Notes: generated by a model from the letters alone, not told the origin. DNA of 29,778 bases from Desulfurococcaceae archaeon (GCA_038888155.1 JAWAJB010000008.1:1-29778); one strand, 5' to 3'; positions 1 through 10,321 are shown, counted from the stretch's first letter. Translations and numbers: made by a program.

Positions 1-403
1 TGTAGGATATTACCAGGTCCTCTTTACCTGAAGGGCATGATGAAATATAAAACGGAAGGGGATACTCAACAGAGGTCACCTTATTTCTTCCAATATATAA
101 TGTAAATCCTTCAATTCGTAAAATATATTTTTTATTATCTATTTTTATAATTTTAAAAATAAAATTCTTGTTAAGCTCTAAACGTTGTTCTATTTCTATA
201 ACAGAAGTTGAAAATTGTCCAATATTGCACGCGCGTCTCACGGTTGAAAGTATCGCAGTAATAATCTGATTAGCCGTAGCATCAACAACCGAAAGAGTAG
301 CTATGTTTCGTTCCATCATAATGATGTGTATAGAATATGTAGTGATCATAGCTACTGCAAGTATTGTTACCAAAACTAGAAGCAATTGAGATGGTATCTC
401 CAT
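1..403 (-). CDS. Pilin-like protein, 3' end runs off the window (not in the ORF track)
   Basis: Hand-translated from ATG at 403: MEIPSQLLLVLVTILAVAMITTYSIHIIMMERNIATLSVVDATANQIITAILSTVRRAC..., open to base 1. N-terminal hydrophobic helix as in the neighbouring pilin-like genes. AAAAATTTATCA box about 30 nt upstream. Confidence 0.7.
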   Translation of the reverse strand, partial: MEIPSQLLLVLVTILAVAMITTYSIHIIMMERNIATLSVVDATANQIITAILSTVRRACNIGQFSTSVIEIEQRLELNKNFIFKIIKIDNKKYILRIEGFTLYIGRNKVTSVEYPLPFYISSCPSGKEDLVISY

Positions 404-652
404 GGATCTCGAGATATATCACCAACACGATGTGATAAATTTTTTGATACAATTGGTGCGTAGACAGTATGCTTAGACTCTAAGTCGGTTGATAGAGTAG
501 GGATCGAATATCAACTACTACAGGCTAGAGCATCTAAAAGTTTATGAATTTTTAATAATTTTTAAACGCATTACGGACCCAGGGGAGGTGCAGTGGCGTT
601 TTCCTAAATCTGCTATCGTATTGCAACATTTACGTTACTTTCATAAAGTTCA

Positions 653-1183
653 CTAACTACGAGTTGTAATAGCGGCTTCAATGGTACAAAATGCCTTACA
701 ATAGAGGGATATCACATGGGAACCAGGTGGAACAACTAATGGTACAAATGTTATATATTTACGTTCAGAAGTAATTGATACAAAGTACTTAAGAATAAGA
801 GTATTCTTCTCAATCTTAACTTCAATTTCAAGAAAGTCACATTTTGTTCTACTTTTTAGTACAGTTTCAATATACTCTTCACTCAACGATTTTAAGTCAA
901 TACCAATGACACTTACGTAATTTTCTTGTAAATGCATGTATGAACCTGGTGGCAAGAATACGAGCGCTCTAGCCCCACCGTAACCGCTGCAGCATGAGTT
1001 GATGATTGCATCATGAACAGAGATTATACTTTCAAGCGGAGCGCTGCCGGCTGAGTAATAATTTCTAATATATCTGTTTAGAATAGAAAACGATAAAAAC
1101 ATTATTAATATGAAAATAGAAATAAAAATTACTGTCGAAACCGTTATCGAACCTTTGCTTCCCTTTAGTTGCCTAGGACACAC
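653..1183 (-). CDS. Pilin-like protein with class III signal peptide
   Basis: KGSKG/SITVSTVIFISIFILIMFLSF gives a basic leader, a Gly cleavage site and a hydrophobic helix. Likely start is GTG at 1183, overlapping the upstream TAG, rather than 1228. Confidence 0.7.
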   Translation of the reverse strand: MCPRQLKGSKGSITVSTVIFISIFILIMFLSFSILNRYIRNYYSAGSAPLESIISVHDAIINSCCSGYGGARALVFLPPGSYMHLQENYVSVIGIDLKSLSEEYIETVLKSRTKCDFLEIEVKIEKNTLILKYFVSITSERKYITFVPLVVPPGSHVISLYCKAFCTIEAAITTRS

Positions 1184-1953
1184 TAGGGTGCGGTAACATC
1201 TCTTACAGCAACTTCTCCTCTCCACCATACCGATGCACCATCATCATCAATTACTCTCACCAGAAAAACCAATAATCCCGTATCATCCCTTCCGCTAACA
1301 AGGTATTTTGGCTCGATTCCAACGTCAATTATGTACTGGTTTTGAGCCATATTTTCAGGGAGCAAGTAAACATCACTTATTTTTTTGTATAAATTATTTT
1401 CTAAAAGGTACACTTGAACTTTCACATAATTAGATGAAAAGCCTTTTAAGCTAAAATTAATACTAAGAATTTTAAAAGTAGATGTTTCCTTTATTTCAAT
1501 TTTATTAACATAAATAAAAATATTGCGTTTAAAATTAACTTGAAGTTTATATTCATCTCTAGTAATCGAAGCGATAATATTATAGTAATTGTTATTATCT
1601 TCAAAGTGTATATTTTTTGTTAATGTTATCCTAATTTGATATAATTTCTCTAGATAAAGAATTGTATATTTGATACATTCGTCGAAATAAGTTTGAGCAT
1701 TTAGATTTACATCTTCCGAATTAGCCGACTTAATTAATTGTTGATTTATAAGAATATTATTCCATTTTTTATCAGTAGCATATGCAAAACATCCTTTAAT
1801 GGTTTCATTTAGTGATAAGATTGCAACCTCCAACGCTGTAGTTTGAAACATGCGAGGCGTTATGGTTAATGAAGTAAATGCGATTACGAAGGTGATAAAA
1901 ATCGCCAAGAGAGATACGATCAGGGTTTGAGCTCGTCGCATCACATTAGTCAC
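1183..1953 (-). CDS. Pilin-like protein with class III signal peptide
   Basis: MRRA/QTLIVSLLAIFITFVIAF fits a prepilin-type leader. Overlaps both neighbours in the pilus operon. Confidence 0.7.
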   Translation of the reverse strand: MTNVMRRAQTLIVSLLAIFITFVIAFTSLTITPRMFQTTALEVAILSLNETIKGCFAYATDKKWNNILINQQLIKSANSEDVNLNAQTYFDECIKYTILYLEKLYQIRITLTKNIHFEDNNNYYNIIASITRDEYKLQVNFKRNIFIYVNKIEIKETSTFKILSINFSLKGFSSNYVKVQVYLLENNLYKKISDVYLLPENMAQNQYIIDVGIEPKYLVSGRDDTGLLVFLVRVIDDDGASVWWRGEVAVRDVTAP

Positions 1954-2380
1954 CTGAAATTGAAATAACTACTATTCTCGGTTCAAAGTAGCCATTACAA
2001 CCACTAAGTACTGCGAAGCTTGATGCTGAACTATACGAGTTAAACCCGCCACTGGCAAATGCAAAAAGCTCTGTTAAATCGCTAGCACGTAGCACGGCTA
2101 CCTTATACCCACGCCCCGGTGGAGTAAAAGCCTCTACTGCTACCCTCAAAGTCTCTCCATCAACAGTGCCGCCCTGTGAATGGTAAACTGTCTTGCATAG
2201 AACACCGCGACTCAATAATGTTCGAAGAATTGTATTCGCTTCCTCCTCGAGAAGAGGACGAGTTAGTTGCGTAGGTAGGAGGAGTATAAGCCGTAGCACC
2301 AGAGTTAGCAAAAGCACTGCTGTAATACCAGCTAGAGCTGCTTCAAGCAGCCTGACTTGCCCGCCTCTCTTCACTCCCAT
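1946..2380 (-). CDS. Minor pilin-like protein
   Basis: MGVKRGG/QVRLLEAALAGITAVLLL: basic leader, GQ site, Glu near the start of the hydrophobic helix. Confidence 0.75.
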   Translation of the reverse strand: MGVKRGGQVRLLEAALAGITAVLLLTLVLRLILLLPTQLTRPLLEEEANTILRTLLSRGVLCKTVYHSQGGTVDGETLRVAVEAFTPPGRGYKVAVLRASDLTELFAFASGGFNSYSSASSFAVLSGCNGYFEPRIVVISISGD

Positions 2381-3249
2381 ACCACCACCTCGATAAGCAC
2401 TACTACGTCATTAACTTTAGCTAAAGCGGTAACGCGGTAAAAAAGAACGTTGTCAGGCAACTTTTCCCTAAATAATACTAATGGTTCGTACAGAAATGGA
2501 TAGATGAAACTTTTTTTGCCGCAAACAATGGCGTAGGGGGGCCTGAGCAAATTACTCTTGATGAGTAAGTCTAGTGAACTTCCAAGGTTTTCCGCTTGAA
2601 GGACTTGTGAATAAGGGGTTAGATAACATGAGCTATTGAACCTGATTTTTTTATCTTCTTCAAAAATTAGCGTCGATAGGCAGATCTCGCCTTTTTCAAA
2701 GTGTATGATGTAGCAGCATTTAGAATCGATAGATGTTTGAAGGGAATCCAGATTAGAGGTAATTTCGAAGCCTAGCGCGTAGATTGAGTCTGCTGTCGCA
2801 ATAATTATTCTATCGTTAGGTGAAGACGTGAGTAGACCTTTTGCCTTAACTAGCGTAGGTAAGTTCGCTGAGGAGAAATTGACTATATAGTAAGTAACCT
2901 CTGGTTGTAATTTGTATGCTCTTTCAGTGATTTTATACAGAACATTAGGGAAAGATATAGTGATTTTCGTCTGGATTACTGCAGTATTCCCTTCTAAAAC
3001 ATTTTTATGAACATATTCATGTAAATTATTTTCCAAGAATGTTTTCATAGATTGTCGATCGTTCAGAAGCGAGGGATTCATCTCTAGTAGTAGCGCTGCA
3101 AGCTGCGAAATGGTCTCGCCCTTCGTCCTTAATCGTTCTTGGCGAGCTTCAAGTACTCTCGCATGCAATGTGGTTCGTACTCCATGGATGAAGATGGCGA
3201 GCACTAGGATAAAGCTCGTCAGGGCAATAAGGGTTTCAACCGTAGACAT
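2371..3249 (-). CDS. Pilin-like protein without a basic leader
   Basis: MSTVETLIALTSFILVLAIF: Glu at position 5 then a hydrophobic helix. Directly downstream of the platform gene. Confidence 0.6.
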   Translation of the reverse strand: MSTVETLIALTSFILVLAIFIHGVRTTLHARVLEARQERLRTKGETISQLAALLLEMNPSLLNDRQSMKTFLENNLHEYVHKNVLEGNTAVIQTKITISFPNVLYKITERAYKLQPEVTYYIVNFSSANLPTLVKAKGLLTSSPNDRIIIATADSIYALGFEITSNLDSLQTSIDSKCCYIIHFEKGEICLSTLIFEEDKKIRFNSSCYLTPYSQVLQAENLGSSLDLLIKSNLLRPPYAIVCGKKSFIYPFLYEPLVLFREKLPDNVLFYRVTALAKVNDVVVLIEVVVWE

Positions 3250-3258
3250 GCAATCCCC

Positions 3259-4980
3259 CTAAAGCACGAGGAACAGTAGCAGGATAGCCGTCATTGACAA
3301 CAGCATATCTATAATCACATAGACGAAGCCTCCTGCCAGCGTTCCATCTGTCATTTTACCCGTCATCAATCCCATTAAAATCATTGTTACAACACTCCCT
3401 GTGATAACGGTATCAACAAGTTGGGGGAGCATTTTTGGCGTTATGAGCTGTACGCCCAAACTGCCCATGAGCGTTGGGAAAGATGATGCTGCGGCATAGA
3501 ACCCTTCTGCCATCATGGCGATAGGCTCTAGCACCTGTCTTACGAGCATAGAAGTTATGCCGATCACGAGTACCGCAGTGATTAATCCAAAAATCTTCAG
3601 CGGCATAACCGACGAGCGAGCTATTCTCAATGAGTCAATAATCTCCCTTGTAACTTCAGCCACTTCGTCAAACACCTCGGGCTTTGCTCCCATCAGATCG
3701 GCTTCAACCATAAGAGTCAAACTCATCCTGCAGTACCACGAAACCTCTCTCATAACTGATTGAACCGCCTCCTCGAAGGTTCTTCCTGCCTCTAAAGCGA
3801 GAGCAATCTTCTTTATAACCTTATCTAACGCTGAACCGTAACTCCTTGTGTTTGACAGCGTGATTATTGCTAGCGATGGGGTGCTGCCTTTCTTTACCTC
3901 CTCAGCTACGTCTCTAACAAAGCTGGGCAAGGCGTAATCGATTGCTGTAAGGCGTCTCTGATCGAAGTGGTAGCGAAAGGCAGCGGGAGCGCACGTTGCT
4001 ATCGCAGCTGCTGCGATAGCAACTCCGGTCCATGGAAGGCCGCTTATCACTTCAGGCCTAGCACTAATAAGACCAAAATACCACGGTGCATATACTGCTA
4101 CAAAAACAGCCGCACCTACAGGTAGGCTGTAGGCAATCAATCGGTAGTACTTATTGTACTTGACGGGTGTCTTAGGATACATCAAGTCGATTAAGTACAC
4201 AAGCGCTAGACCGATAAGCGGGTTTACGAAAAATGAGTAGAAAATAGATTGCAGAGCTAGCTCTTCTGAAGCGAAGAGCGCGAACATCGTGTAGAGCATC
4301 ATAGGTAGTACGCCGTAAGCTATCAGTATTACATCAGCTACAAAGCTCATCCTACTAGACAAGGTTTTGTAGTTCTCTCGAACAGCGTTAAAGATGCTTC
4401 TCATCTTTTCCCGCAATACAGCGTAAATGTCGCCTCCCCGCCTCTCGATGCTTGCGCTTGAGAGCAGTAGATCCGATATTAACTGCGAGGAGACGCGCCT
4501 GCCCTCAAACTCCATAGCCTCAAGCTCGTCAACAACAAAAAGAACCCTAATTCGCGATATACGCTCAGCGATTTTGGAGAACTCTGTGAAAAGCTCCTTA
4601 TACTTCATCCTCAACCTATCGATTGCGATGTGCGGCGCAACGCCGTTAGCAGCGTACGTCGTTAGCAAAGCCATCACGTAGAGAAGTTCTCTTTCTGCTC
4701 CTCGCATATGCTCTGCTGCTCTAAAGTATGGCTCAAACAGCAAAAACAAACCAATAATGAGAGGGGCAGGAATGAGGTACGCTAAGTACCGTAACTGCTC
4801 GAGTGGGATAATGGGCTCTAAGATACCGAGCGAGAAAACAGCAACGACAAGTGAGAGAGTAGCAGAGGCTGCAGCAAGCAGTAAAAAGTTATTTAACGCC
4901 TCTCTCACGAACTCCTTTGGTGTCTTTCTTATTCCAGAAAGATAAATGTATTTTTCTAGAAAATCTTCTAAGAATTTCAT
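3259..4980 (-). CDS. Type IV pilus/T2SS membrane platform protein (TadC/PilC/ArlJ-like, two T2SSF domains)
   Basis: Two T2SSF-like cytoplasmic domains (ERELLYVMALLTTYAANG; IDYALPSFVRDVAEEVKKG) separated by multiple TM helices. Overlaps the ATPase stop by 4 nt. Confidence 0.9.
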   Translation of the reverse strand: MKFLEDFLEKYIYLSGIRKTPKEFVREALNNFLLLAAASATLSLVVAVFSLGILEPIIPLEQLRYLAYLIPAPLIIGLFLLFEPYFRAAEHMRGAERELLYVMALLTTYAANGVAPHIAIDRLRMKYKELFTEFSKIAERISRIRVLFVVDELEAMEFEGRRVSSQLISDLLLSSASIERRGGDIYAVLREKMRSIFNAVRENYKTLSSRMSFVADVILIAYGVLPMMLYTMFALFASEELALQSIFYSFFVNPLIGLALVYLIDLMYPKTPVKYNKYYRLIAYSLPVGAAVFVAVYAPWYFGLISARPEVISGLPWTGVAIAAAAIATCAPAAFRYHFDQRRLTAIDYALPSFVRDVAEEVKKGSTPSLAIITLSNTRSYGSALDKVIKKIALALEAGRTFEEAVQSVMREVSWYCRMSLTLMVEADLMGAKPEVFDEVAEVTREIIDSLRIARSSVMPLKIFGLITAVLVIGITSMLVRQVLEPIAMMAEGFYAAASSFPTLMGSLGVQLITPKMLPQLVDTVITGSVVTMILMGLMTGKMTDGTLAGGFVYVIIDMLLSMTAILLLFLVL

Positions 4981-6725
4981 TTATTATCACCTCTAATTTT
5001 GAATAACTTGCGCGGTTTACGCTGCCTCTTCGCTTTAACGATCATGCCAGGTTGAGGAATACTTTGTTTTAAGTTTACAATTTTTATATCTTGTTTCATT
5101 TTTTTAATTTCTACAATTTTAATATATGGTTTTTCTTTGCGCTGGACGTCCATAGGTGTTTCCAGTTCTTTATAGAAGAATAATGGATCTCTATAGAATT
5201 TCTCGAATAAGTTTATTAAAATATTTAATTTGGTATAACTCTGATCATTTTTAGCTTTTTCTAAAAGCCATCTTAGAAACTCTATTCTTCTCTTATATTC
5301 GTTAATTAATTCGTTTTCATTATGTATTTTATCACTGATGTTAATTATCTTTGCGGCTGATCTGGTTTTCGCGAGCTCTTCGGGAGGCACGGATTCGTAA
5401 GTATCGTTAGAAGGATTATAGCGAAAAAGTACTCTGAATACTGGTTTTCCGTCCACTAGTTCGAAGTCCGCGACTTCTCTGATGCGCCTAACTCTCTTTC
5501 CATCTTTCGTATAGACAGCGATGTACACAAGGCCGTGCAAGCTGTTAAGCGACGCTATTTCGATGCCCAAGTCCTTTAACCTTACCAGGGCTGAAGTGAA
5601 ATCATCGGCATGAATCGTAGTGATGCCACCGTGGCCTGATGAGATCTGCTGGAACCAAACCTTTGCCTCTTCCCCTCGTATCTCGTTCACTATTAGGTAC
5701 TCTACCTGATATCTTAGCATCTCCTTAACGAGGGCGAAAAGGTCGATAGAGCCTTTACCGTCTATAGAGTACGACTCTCTCGTGAACATGCGCTGCCAAT
5801 TCTGCTTCTTGACGGGCAGATTAAACTCGGGAACATCCTCTACGGTTCCCACGCGCTTATCAGGAGGAATGAAGCCACAGAGAGAGTTTGCCAAACTTGT
5901 TTTTCCTGTGCCCATACCTCCGACAATCAGTATAGGGAGCTTATGCTCAACTAGCAGCCACAGCCAGGCCCCTATCTCCGGAGTAAGCGTCCCTGAGAGC
6001 ATGTGCCTCGTAATTGTCCAAGGCTCGCTCGGGAATTTCCTAATGACAAAGCTACTGTGCTCACTGATTTCACTCATAAATGTGCAAGCAAGCCTATGCC
6101 CCCCAGGCAGTCGTGCGTTATCGATCCTAGGATTAGCCTTACTAATGCTCTTCCCAGCTTTATTCGCGAGCTTCATAACTAGCTTATCCAGCTCCTCCTC
6201 TGTGAACACGAGATTCGTTTCTAAGCGCCCCAGCTCGCTATGCAAGACCGTAACTGGCCTGTAAGGCCCGGTGCACTCAATATTCTCGAGGCTTGGGTCT
6301 CGCATCAGCGGATCTAGGGCACCAAATCGGTCAAATGCGAGTTCTCTGATAATTAAGTACTGAAGCTCAGGGCGCCTCAACCCCCCATCCTCCAGGTACT
6401 TAATCAGGGCTTCCTCTGTGGGTACACCCTCTAGTACGTAAATTAACTCCATTGCACGCTTCTCTAATTCACGTAGCTCACCTTCGGTAACTGATGGATC
6501 ACATACAATATAGAGACGACGAGGAGAAGTTATCTCCTCTCCGATGATGATGTTGACAAATCTGTCGATGTTGTAACTACGAATAACCCGTATTTTTCGT
6601 ACATCCTCAAACTTCCATACCTTTATCTTCACTTCGGGAAAGGCGTCGGCGCCCTCGCGCCCTTTCACCCTCTCACGAGAGCTGCTCGAGAAAGGTTCTT
6701 TTAAGCCAAATAAACCCATACACAT
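4977..6725 (-). CDS. Type II/IV secretion ATPase (VirB11/PilB/ArlI family)
   Basis: Walker A GGMGTGKT, Asp box TVEDVPE, Walker B YLIVNEIRG, His box GHGGITTIHA, plus LDPLMRDPSLENI and FVIRKF motifs. Confidence 0.95.
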   Translation of the reverse strand: MCMGLFGLKEPFSSSSRERVKGREGADAFPEVKIKVWKFEDVRKIRVIRSYNIDRFVNIIIGEEITSPRRLYIVCDPSVTEGELRELEKRAMELIYVLEGVPTEEALIKYLEDGGLRRPELQYLIIRELAFDRFGALDPLMRDPSLENIECTGPYRPVTVLHSELGRLETNLVFTEEELDKLVMKLANKAGKSISKANPRIDNARLPGGHRLACTFMSEISEHSSFVIRKFPSEPWTITRHMLSGTLTPEIGAWLWLLVEHKLPILIVGGMGTGKTSLANSLCGFIPPDKRVGTVEDVPEFNLPVKKQNWQRMFTRESYSIDGKGSIDLFALVKEMLRYQVEYLIVNEIRGEEAKVWFQQISSGHGGITTIHADDFTSALVRLKDLGIEIASLNSLHGLVYIAVYTKDGKRVRRIREVADFELVDGKPVFRVLFRYNPSNDTYESVPPEELAKTRSAAKIINISDKIHNENELINEYKRRIEFLRWLLEKAKNDQSYTKLNILINLFEKFYRDPLFFYKELETPMDVQRKEKPYIKIVEIKKMKQDIKIVNLKQSIPQPGMIVKAKRQRKPRKLFKIRGDNK

Positions 6726-6743
6726 TTTGTAAAGAAGTAAGAT

Positions 6744-6832
6744 TAAAATTCTTTTTGCAGTACTTGCATCGAAGATTGTTCTATAGTGGCAGCAGTGACT
6801 GCAGAAGCGCGGAAACAGGCAAAAGTTTAAAA
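6744..6832. promoter_or_regulatory. Divergent BRE/TATA-like promoters for the ATPase operon (-) and the major pilin (+)
   Basis: Minus-strand AAAAGAATTTTAA at about 6744-6756 precedes the ATPase start. Plus-strand AAAAGTTTAAAA at 6821-6832 lies about 22 nt before GTG 6854. Confidence 0.55.
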
Positions 6833-6853
6833 GTAAAAAATGCTAGAATTAAC

Positions 6854-7273
6854 GTGCGCAGAAAAGGCATAAGTGGAGTGGTTGTGGCGGTTCTCTTGAC
6901 GATTGTTGGGATCGCCGCCGTTCTGATGTTCTGGGGCGTGATCAGCGGCCTCATCGGGGGAAGACGATTACAAGGAACCATAGACGCGGCTCAGATTATA
7001 GTCACAGAAACCGGGGCAAGGCTCGCCGTCACGGTCTCAAACACGGGATCCATAGATTTCCGCATATCATCCATCAAGTTGGATGAATCATCGGTCGATA
7101 CTTCGCAGTGCACTCCGAACCCGGCGAACCAGCTGGTATCTTCTGGCGGAGCCCTATCAATCGTGTGTAGAGTTACTGCAGAAGCTGGCAAAACGTATAT
7201 ACTCACGTTGGAAATCGAAGGTTCTGGGAGAAAAAGCGCATTAACCGAATCGGTCTACGCTAGAAGAGGTTAA
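6854..7273 (+). CDS. Probable major archaeal type IV pilin (139 aa)
   Basis: From GTG 6854: MRRKG/ISGVVVAVLLTIVGIAAVLMFW, a canonical class III signal peptide, followed by a small beta domain (LAVTVSNTGS). Has its own promoter-like box. Confidence 0.88.
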   Translation: MRRKGISGVVVAVLLTIVGIAAVLMFWGVISGLIGGRRLQGTIDAAQIIVTETGARLAVTVSNTGSIDFRISSIKLDESSVDTSQCTPNPANQLVSSGGALSIVCRVTAEAGKTYILTLEIEGSGRKSALTESVYARRG

Positions 7274-7372
7274 ATCAAATAAAGATCAGAAACATATACA
7301 AAATATTTTTGAACCCATATAAAACGGCTGTACAGTAAAACATATATACGACTCAATGAGACTTACTTCACT

Positions 7373-10321
7373 GTGGACCCAATTAAAGTAGCAGCTTTAA
7401 TCTTTTCTGTCCTTTTGATAACAACTAGCTTTGCCTCCATACCTTTACTCAAAGCGGAAACACCTTCAACTAACCAGCAAATCAGCACTAACATAAACCA
7501 GCAAACACTCGCATACTACGTCGTAGGAGTAACCTCCAACAGAATTCCCCTCAAACTTATCCCCTTACCTAGCGTAAGCATGAACCATGGTGTAAAAATC
7601 GGATCCAACGAAGCAGATATAATTGTTATGGCGATACCAGCTACGCAGAAAAGCAAGAACTTTGATTCGCTGAAATTTATAAGCGGACTCCTAACAAAAG
7701 TCGTAGCACGTCAGGAAAGCCTTAGTGGCCAGCTTATCGCCGAACTATACAACTCATTGTATAACCAAGTAATAGAGATGGGAGCGAAACAAGCATTCCT
7801 ACCATATGAAAATCTAACCTTTACATTCGTAGTAATTATTTGGATAAAAAGCAAGAGCCTCGGCGAATTCATCGCATCTATCGGAGCAGGTGCACTGAAA
7901 TCGGTATCAGACAGCCTGATACTCGTATCATTCTCCCTAACAGAGAACGCCCTTCAGGAAATAAGATCAGGCATAAGCGAAAAAATCAACGAAATAGCAA
8001 ATAAATTACTTGAACAAATAAATAATTATTTAACCAATATCGAGAATGAATTATTAAATTATTTAAATAATAAAATAGATAATTTAAATTGCATCGAGAC
8101 TTGTTCTAAAATAGAAGAGACCAATCAAACAGTGTGCACATACACTCTTCCCTCGATACAAATTCAGCCAATCATAACTGCAACTTTTAACAAAGGGAAA
8201 ATCAGTATAAAAATTAACGTAGTAGATAATATAAATAAAGTTTACGAAAGCAATGATATAGCTTTTGTAAGCAAAGATTTCTTTGTTATAAATGCTGAAA
8301 ATATAATTAATTCTCAATCTTATGATAAAGATCTCATTGATGATGGAGAAGTAAACTCTCTAATTCAAGTTCTTGGAGGGTATATCTATGATTCAATTTT
8401 AAGTTTTAAGACTGAAAAAACTATTTTACCTTTGAAAAGTTTCACAATAGATGCAGGAGGTAGTTTTGACAGTTGTGGAACAGCTAAGGAAAACATGAAG
8501 GCGATAGCGAAAGTAGTAGCTGGGAACGTAATTTCATATATTAACGAAAAAGTAGATGAGAGTATCAAATCTATTACTGATCAGTTAAACCAGTTTACAG
8601 TTAATGTTTTTAATGAACTATCAATAACTTTAAATAAAATTAGAGTTAATCTTCAATATGCTGCTAGTGAAGCTGTAAACTATGCGGCGGAGTTTCTTGA
8701 AACAACAGTATACACTGCAGTATCGCAGTTAGTTACTAAAACAAATCCTGCAGTTTTTGCTGTATATACTATCGCTGAGGGAATTTCTCAGGCTCTGCAA
8801 ACCTGTGTTGACAAAATTAGCGTAACCGTCGAACAGCTGCCAAGCGATGACATAGATCAGAGCATACTGGTAGTTCACGAAGAGCAAGTTAACAAACGTG
8901 TGGTGAGATTACCGGAGCCAAACGACAAGATAACAGCTGAACAAAGCGTGTCTCTCGGTGAAAAAATACTCTCAGCGGCAAAAGGCTTCGCTGCGGGCGT
9001 TCTAGGGGCAATATTTGGTCCAGCGGCTCGGAAGGCGATAAACGTCATACCCTCAGTCTTCGTGGTTAATATGCAGCTAAAGAGTGGTAATAAGTGGTTA
9101 ATAGCTCCCTCGTGGCCGGGTATATACGCCATTAACTTAGCAATTACCCCACATACTTATGCAGAATGGTTGAGTAAACTACCTAGCAGTTTAACGAGTA
9201 TATTCTTTAAGGATATTGATAAAAACAAAAATAGTTTAGTCGAAAAACTTATGCAAAAGTTTAAAGTGTCGATTGAGAACGTGAGATTGGACGACAAAGA
9301 GTTCGGTGCTAAAATGATTGTACCCTACCTTGTTTTACCGCCTTACTTTATCGTAGAGAGTGTTAGAATCGAAAATAGCATAGTTAGCATGAATTTCACA
9401 GCTATATATGATTTTTCAGCTCTAATTAGAGTTTCTATTCGAAATCAAATAAACGAACTTCGAAAGATCGTAAGTAAAGGTACAGAAGTTATTGATAAAT
9501 TGTATGGAATTGTGAAGAATACAATAAAAGATTTAGTTAATAGAATATTTGATATTGTATTGAATTATTTGAATTCTAAGCTAACAAGCGAATACATTAA
9601 AAAATTTATAAATGATCTATATAATTATTTAATTGAATACATCTTCAACACGTTTATAGATCCGATATTGGAACAATTATTCGAAAAATTTATCAAAAAA
9701 CAAGCTATCAAATTCGTTGAGTTTATAGATAAAATACTAACTATCGCCGAACAACAACTAGAGTATTTCGATAGATTCATAGCTTTAACGTTATCTGTGA
9801 TTAGAATCGACATCGTTAATTCCGATGTTAACGTTGCTCTAGCCGTGCCATCCTTAGGCTACGTTAGCAGCCGTTCTATTGATCAGTTCGGGAAAGTGAA
9901 AGTGCGGTTCTCTCAGAGTGCGCTCTATAGGTTTTTGGGTAATTGCATCGGCGCAATACCGCTCTACATGACCGCCGGACCAGATGGCAAGGTCAGCTAC
10001 TTCATAGCTCCTTGGGCCACTTACAGTCTCGAACCATTGGTCACTCCGCTAATTCCTGTAGTTCGCGTAATGAATGATAAGCTAAACCTTGTCTTCTTAA
10101 CGCCCTTCAATAACAGAATTGTAGATGTTCGATACACGTTCGTCGTCGATGGAGCATCAGTGCAAGAAGTCCCTATGAGTACTTTACGGAAAGCAGCAAT
10201 AATCGGAGTGAAGGTAAATAGCGTGAGGATCGATGATACGAGAGGTGTTGGCGCGGTCCTTCCATTGCCAGTAGAGTTTCCGGTCGCAGTAAATCCATCG
10301 GTCCTTGTTGGGGAGTCTTAG
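7373..10321 (+). CDS. Large secreted protein (982 aa) with long amphipathic helices, function unknown
   Basis: Sec-type signal MDPIKVAALIFSVLLITTSFA and no C-terminal anchor. AAAACATATATA box at 7337-7348. Confidence 0.8.
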   Translation: MDPIKVAALIFSVLLITTSFASIPLLKAETPSTNQQISTNINQQTLAYYVVGVTSNRIPLKLIPLPSVSMNHGVKIGSNEADIIVMAIPATQKSKNFDSLKFISGLLTKVVARQESLSGQLIAELYNSLYNQVIEMGAKQAFLPYENLTFTFVVIIWIKSKSLGEFIASIGAGALKSVSDSLILVSFSLTENALQEIRSGISEKINEIANKLLEQINNYLTNIENELLNYLNNKIDNLNCIETCSKIEETNQTVCTYTLPSIQIQPIITATFNKGKISIKINVVDNINKVYESNDIAFVSKDFFVINAENIINSQSYDKDLIDDGEVNSLIQVLGGYIYDSILSFKTEKTILPLKSFTIDAGGSFDSCGTAKENMKAIAKVVAGNVISYINEKVDESIKSITDQLNQFTVNVFNELSITLNKIRVNLQYAASEAVNYAAEFLETTVYTAVSQLVTKTNPAVFAVYTIAEGISQALQTCVDKISVTVEQLPSDDIDQSILVVHEEQVNKRVVRLPEPNDKITAEQSVSLGEKILSAAKGFAAGVLGAIFGPAARKAINVIPSVFVVNMQLKSGNKWLIAPSWPGIYAINLAITPHTYAEWLSKLPSSLTSIFFKDIDKNKNSLVEKLMQKFKVSIENVRLDDKEFGAKMIVPYLVLPPYFIVESVRIENSIVSMNFTAIYDFSALIRVSIRNQINELRKIVSKGTEVIDKLYGIVKNTIKDLVNRIFDIVLNYLNSKLTSEYIKKFINDLYNYLIEYIFNTFIDPILEQLFEKFIKKQAIKFVEFIDKILTIAEQQLEYFDRFIALTLSVIRIDIVNSDVNVALAVPSLGYVSSRSIDQFGKVKVRFSQSALYRFLGNCIGAIPLYMTAGPDGKVSYFIAPWATYSLEPLVTPLIPVVRVMNDKLNLVFLTPFNNRIVDVRYTFVVDGASVQEVPMSTLRKAAIIGVKVNSVRIDDTRGVGAVLPLPVEFPVAVNPSVLVGES

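Noticed and set aside
404-652. Possible RNA gene or repeat in the longest intergenic gaps (also 27663-27886)
   Set aside because: No tRNA cloverleaf, CRISPR repeat, terminal inverted repeat or convincing hairpin found by eye. Only AT-rich promoter- or terminator-like tracts.
6755-6853. ORF-track N-terminal extension of the major pilin (similar cases at 1184-1228, 16055-16102 and 28730-28789)
   Set aside because: Downstream starts fit better with TATA spacing, ribosome-binding sites, stop/start overlaps and signal peptide position.
3259-7273. Archaellum (ArlI/ArlJ/ArlB) operon
   Set aside because: No ArlH-like ATPase or recognisable ArlF/ArlG in the window. The 139-aa subunit and multiple minor pilins fit a pilus better.
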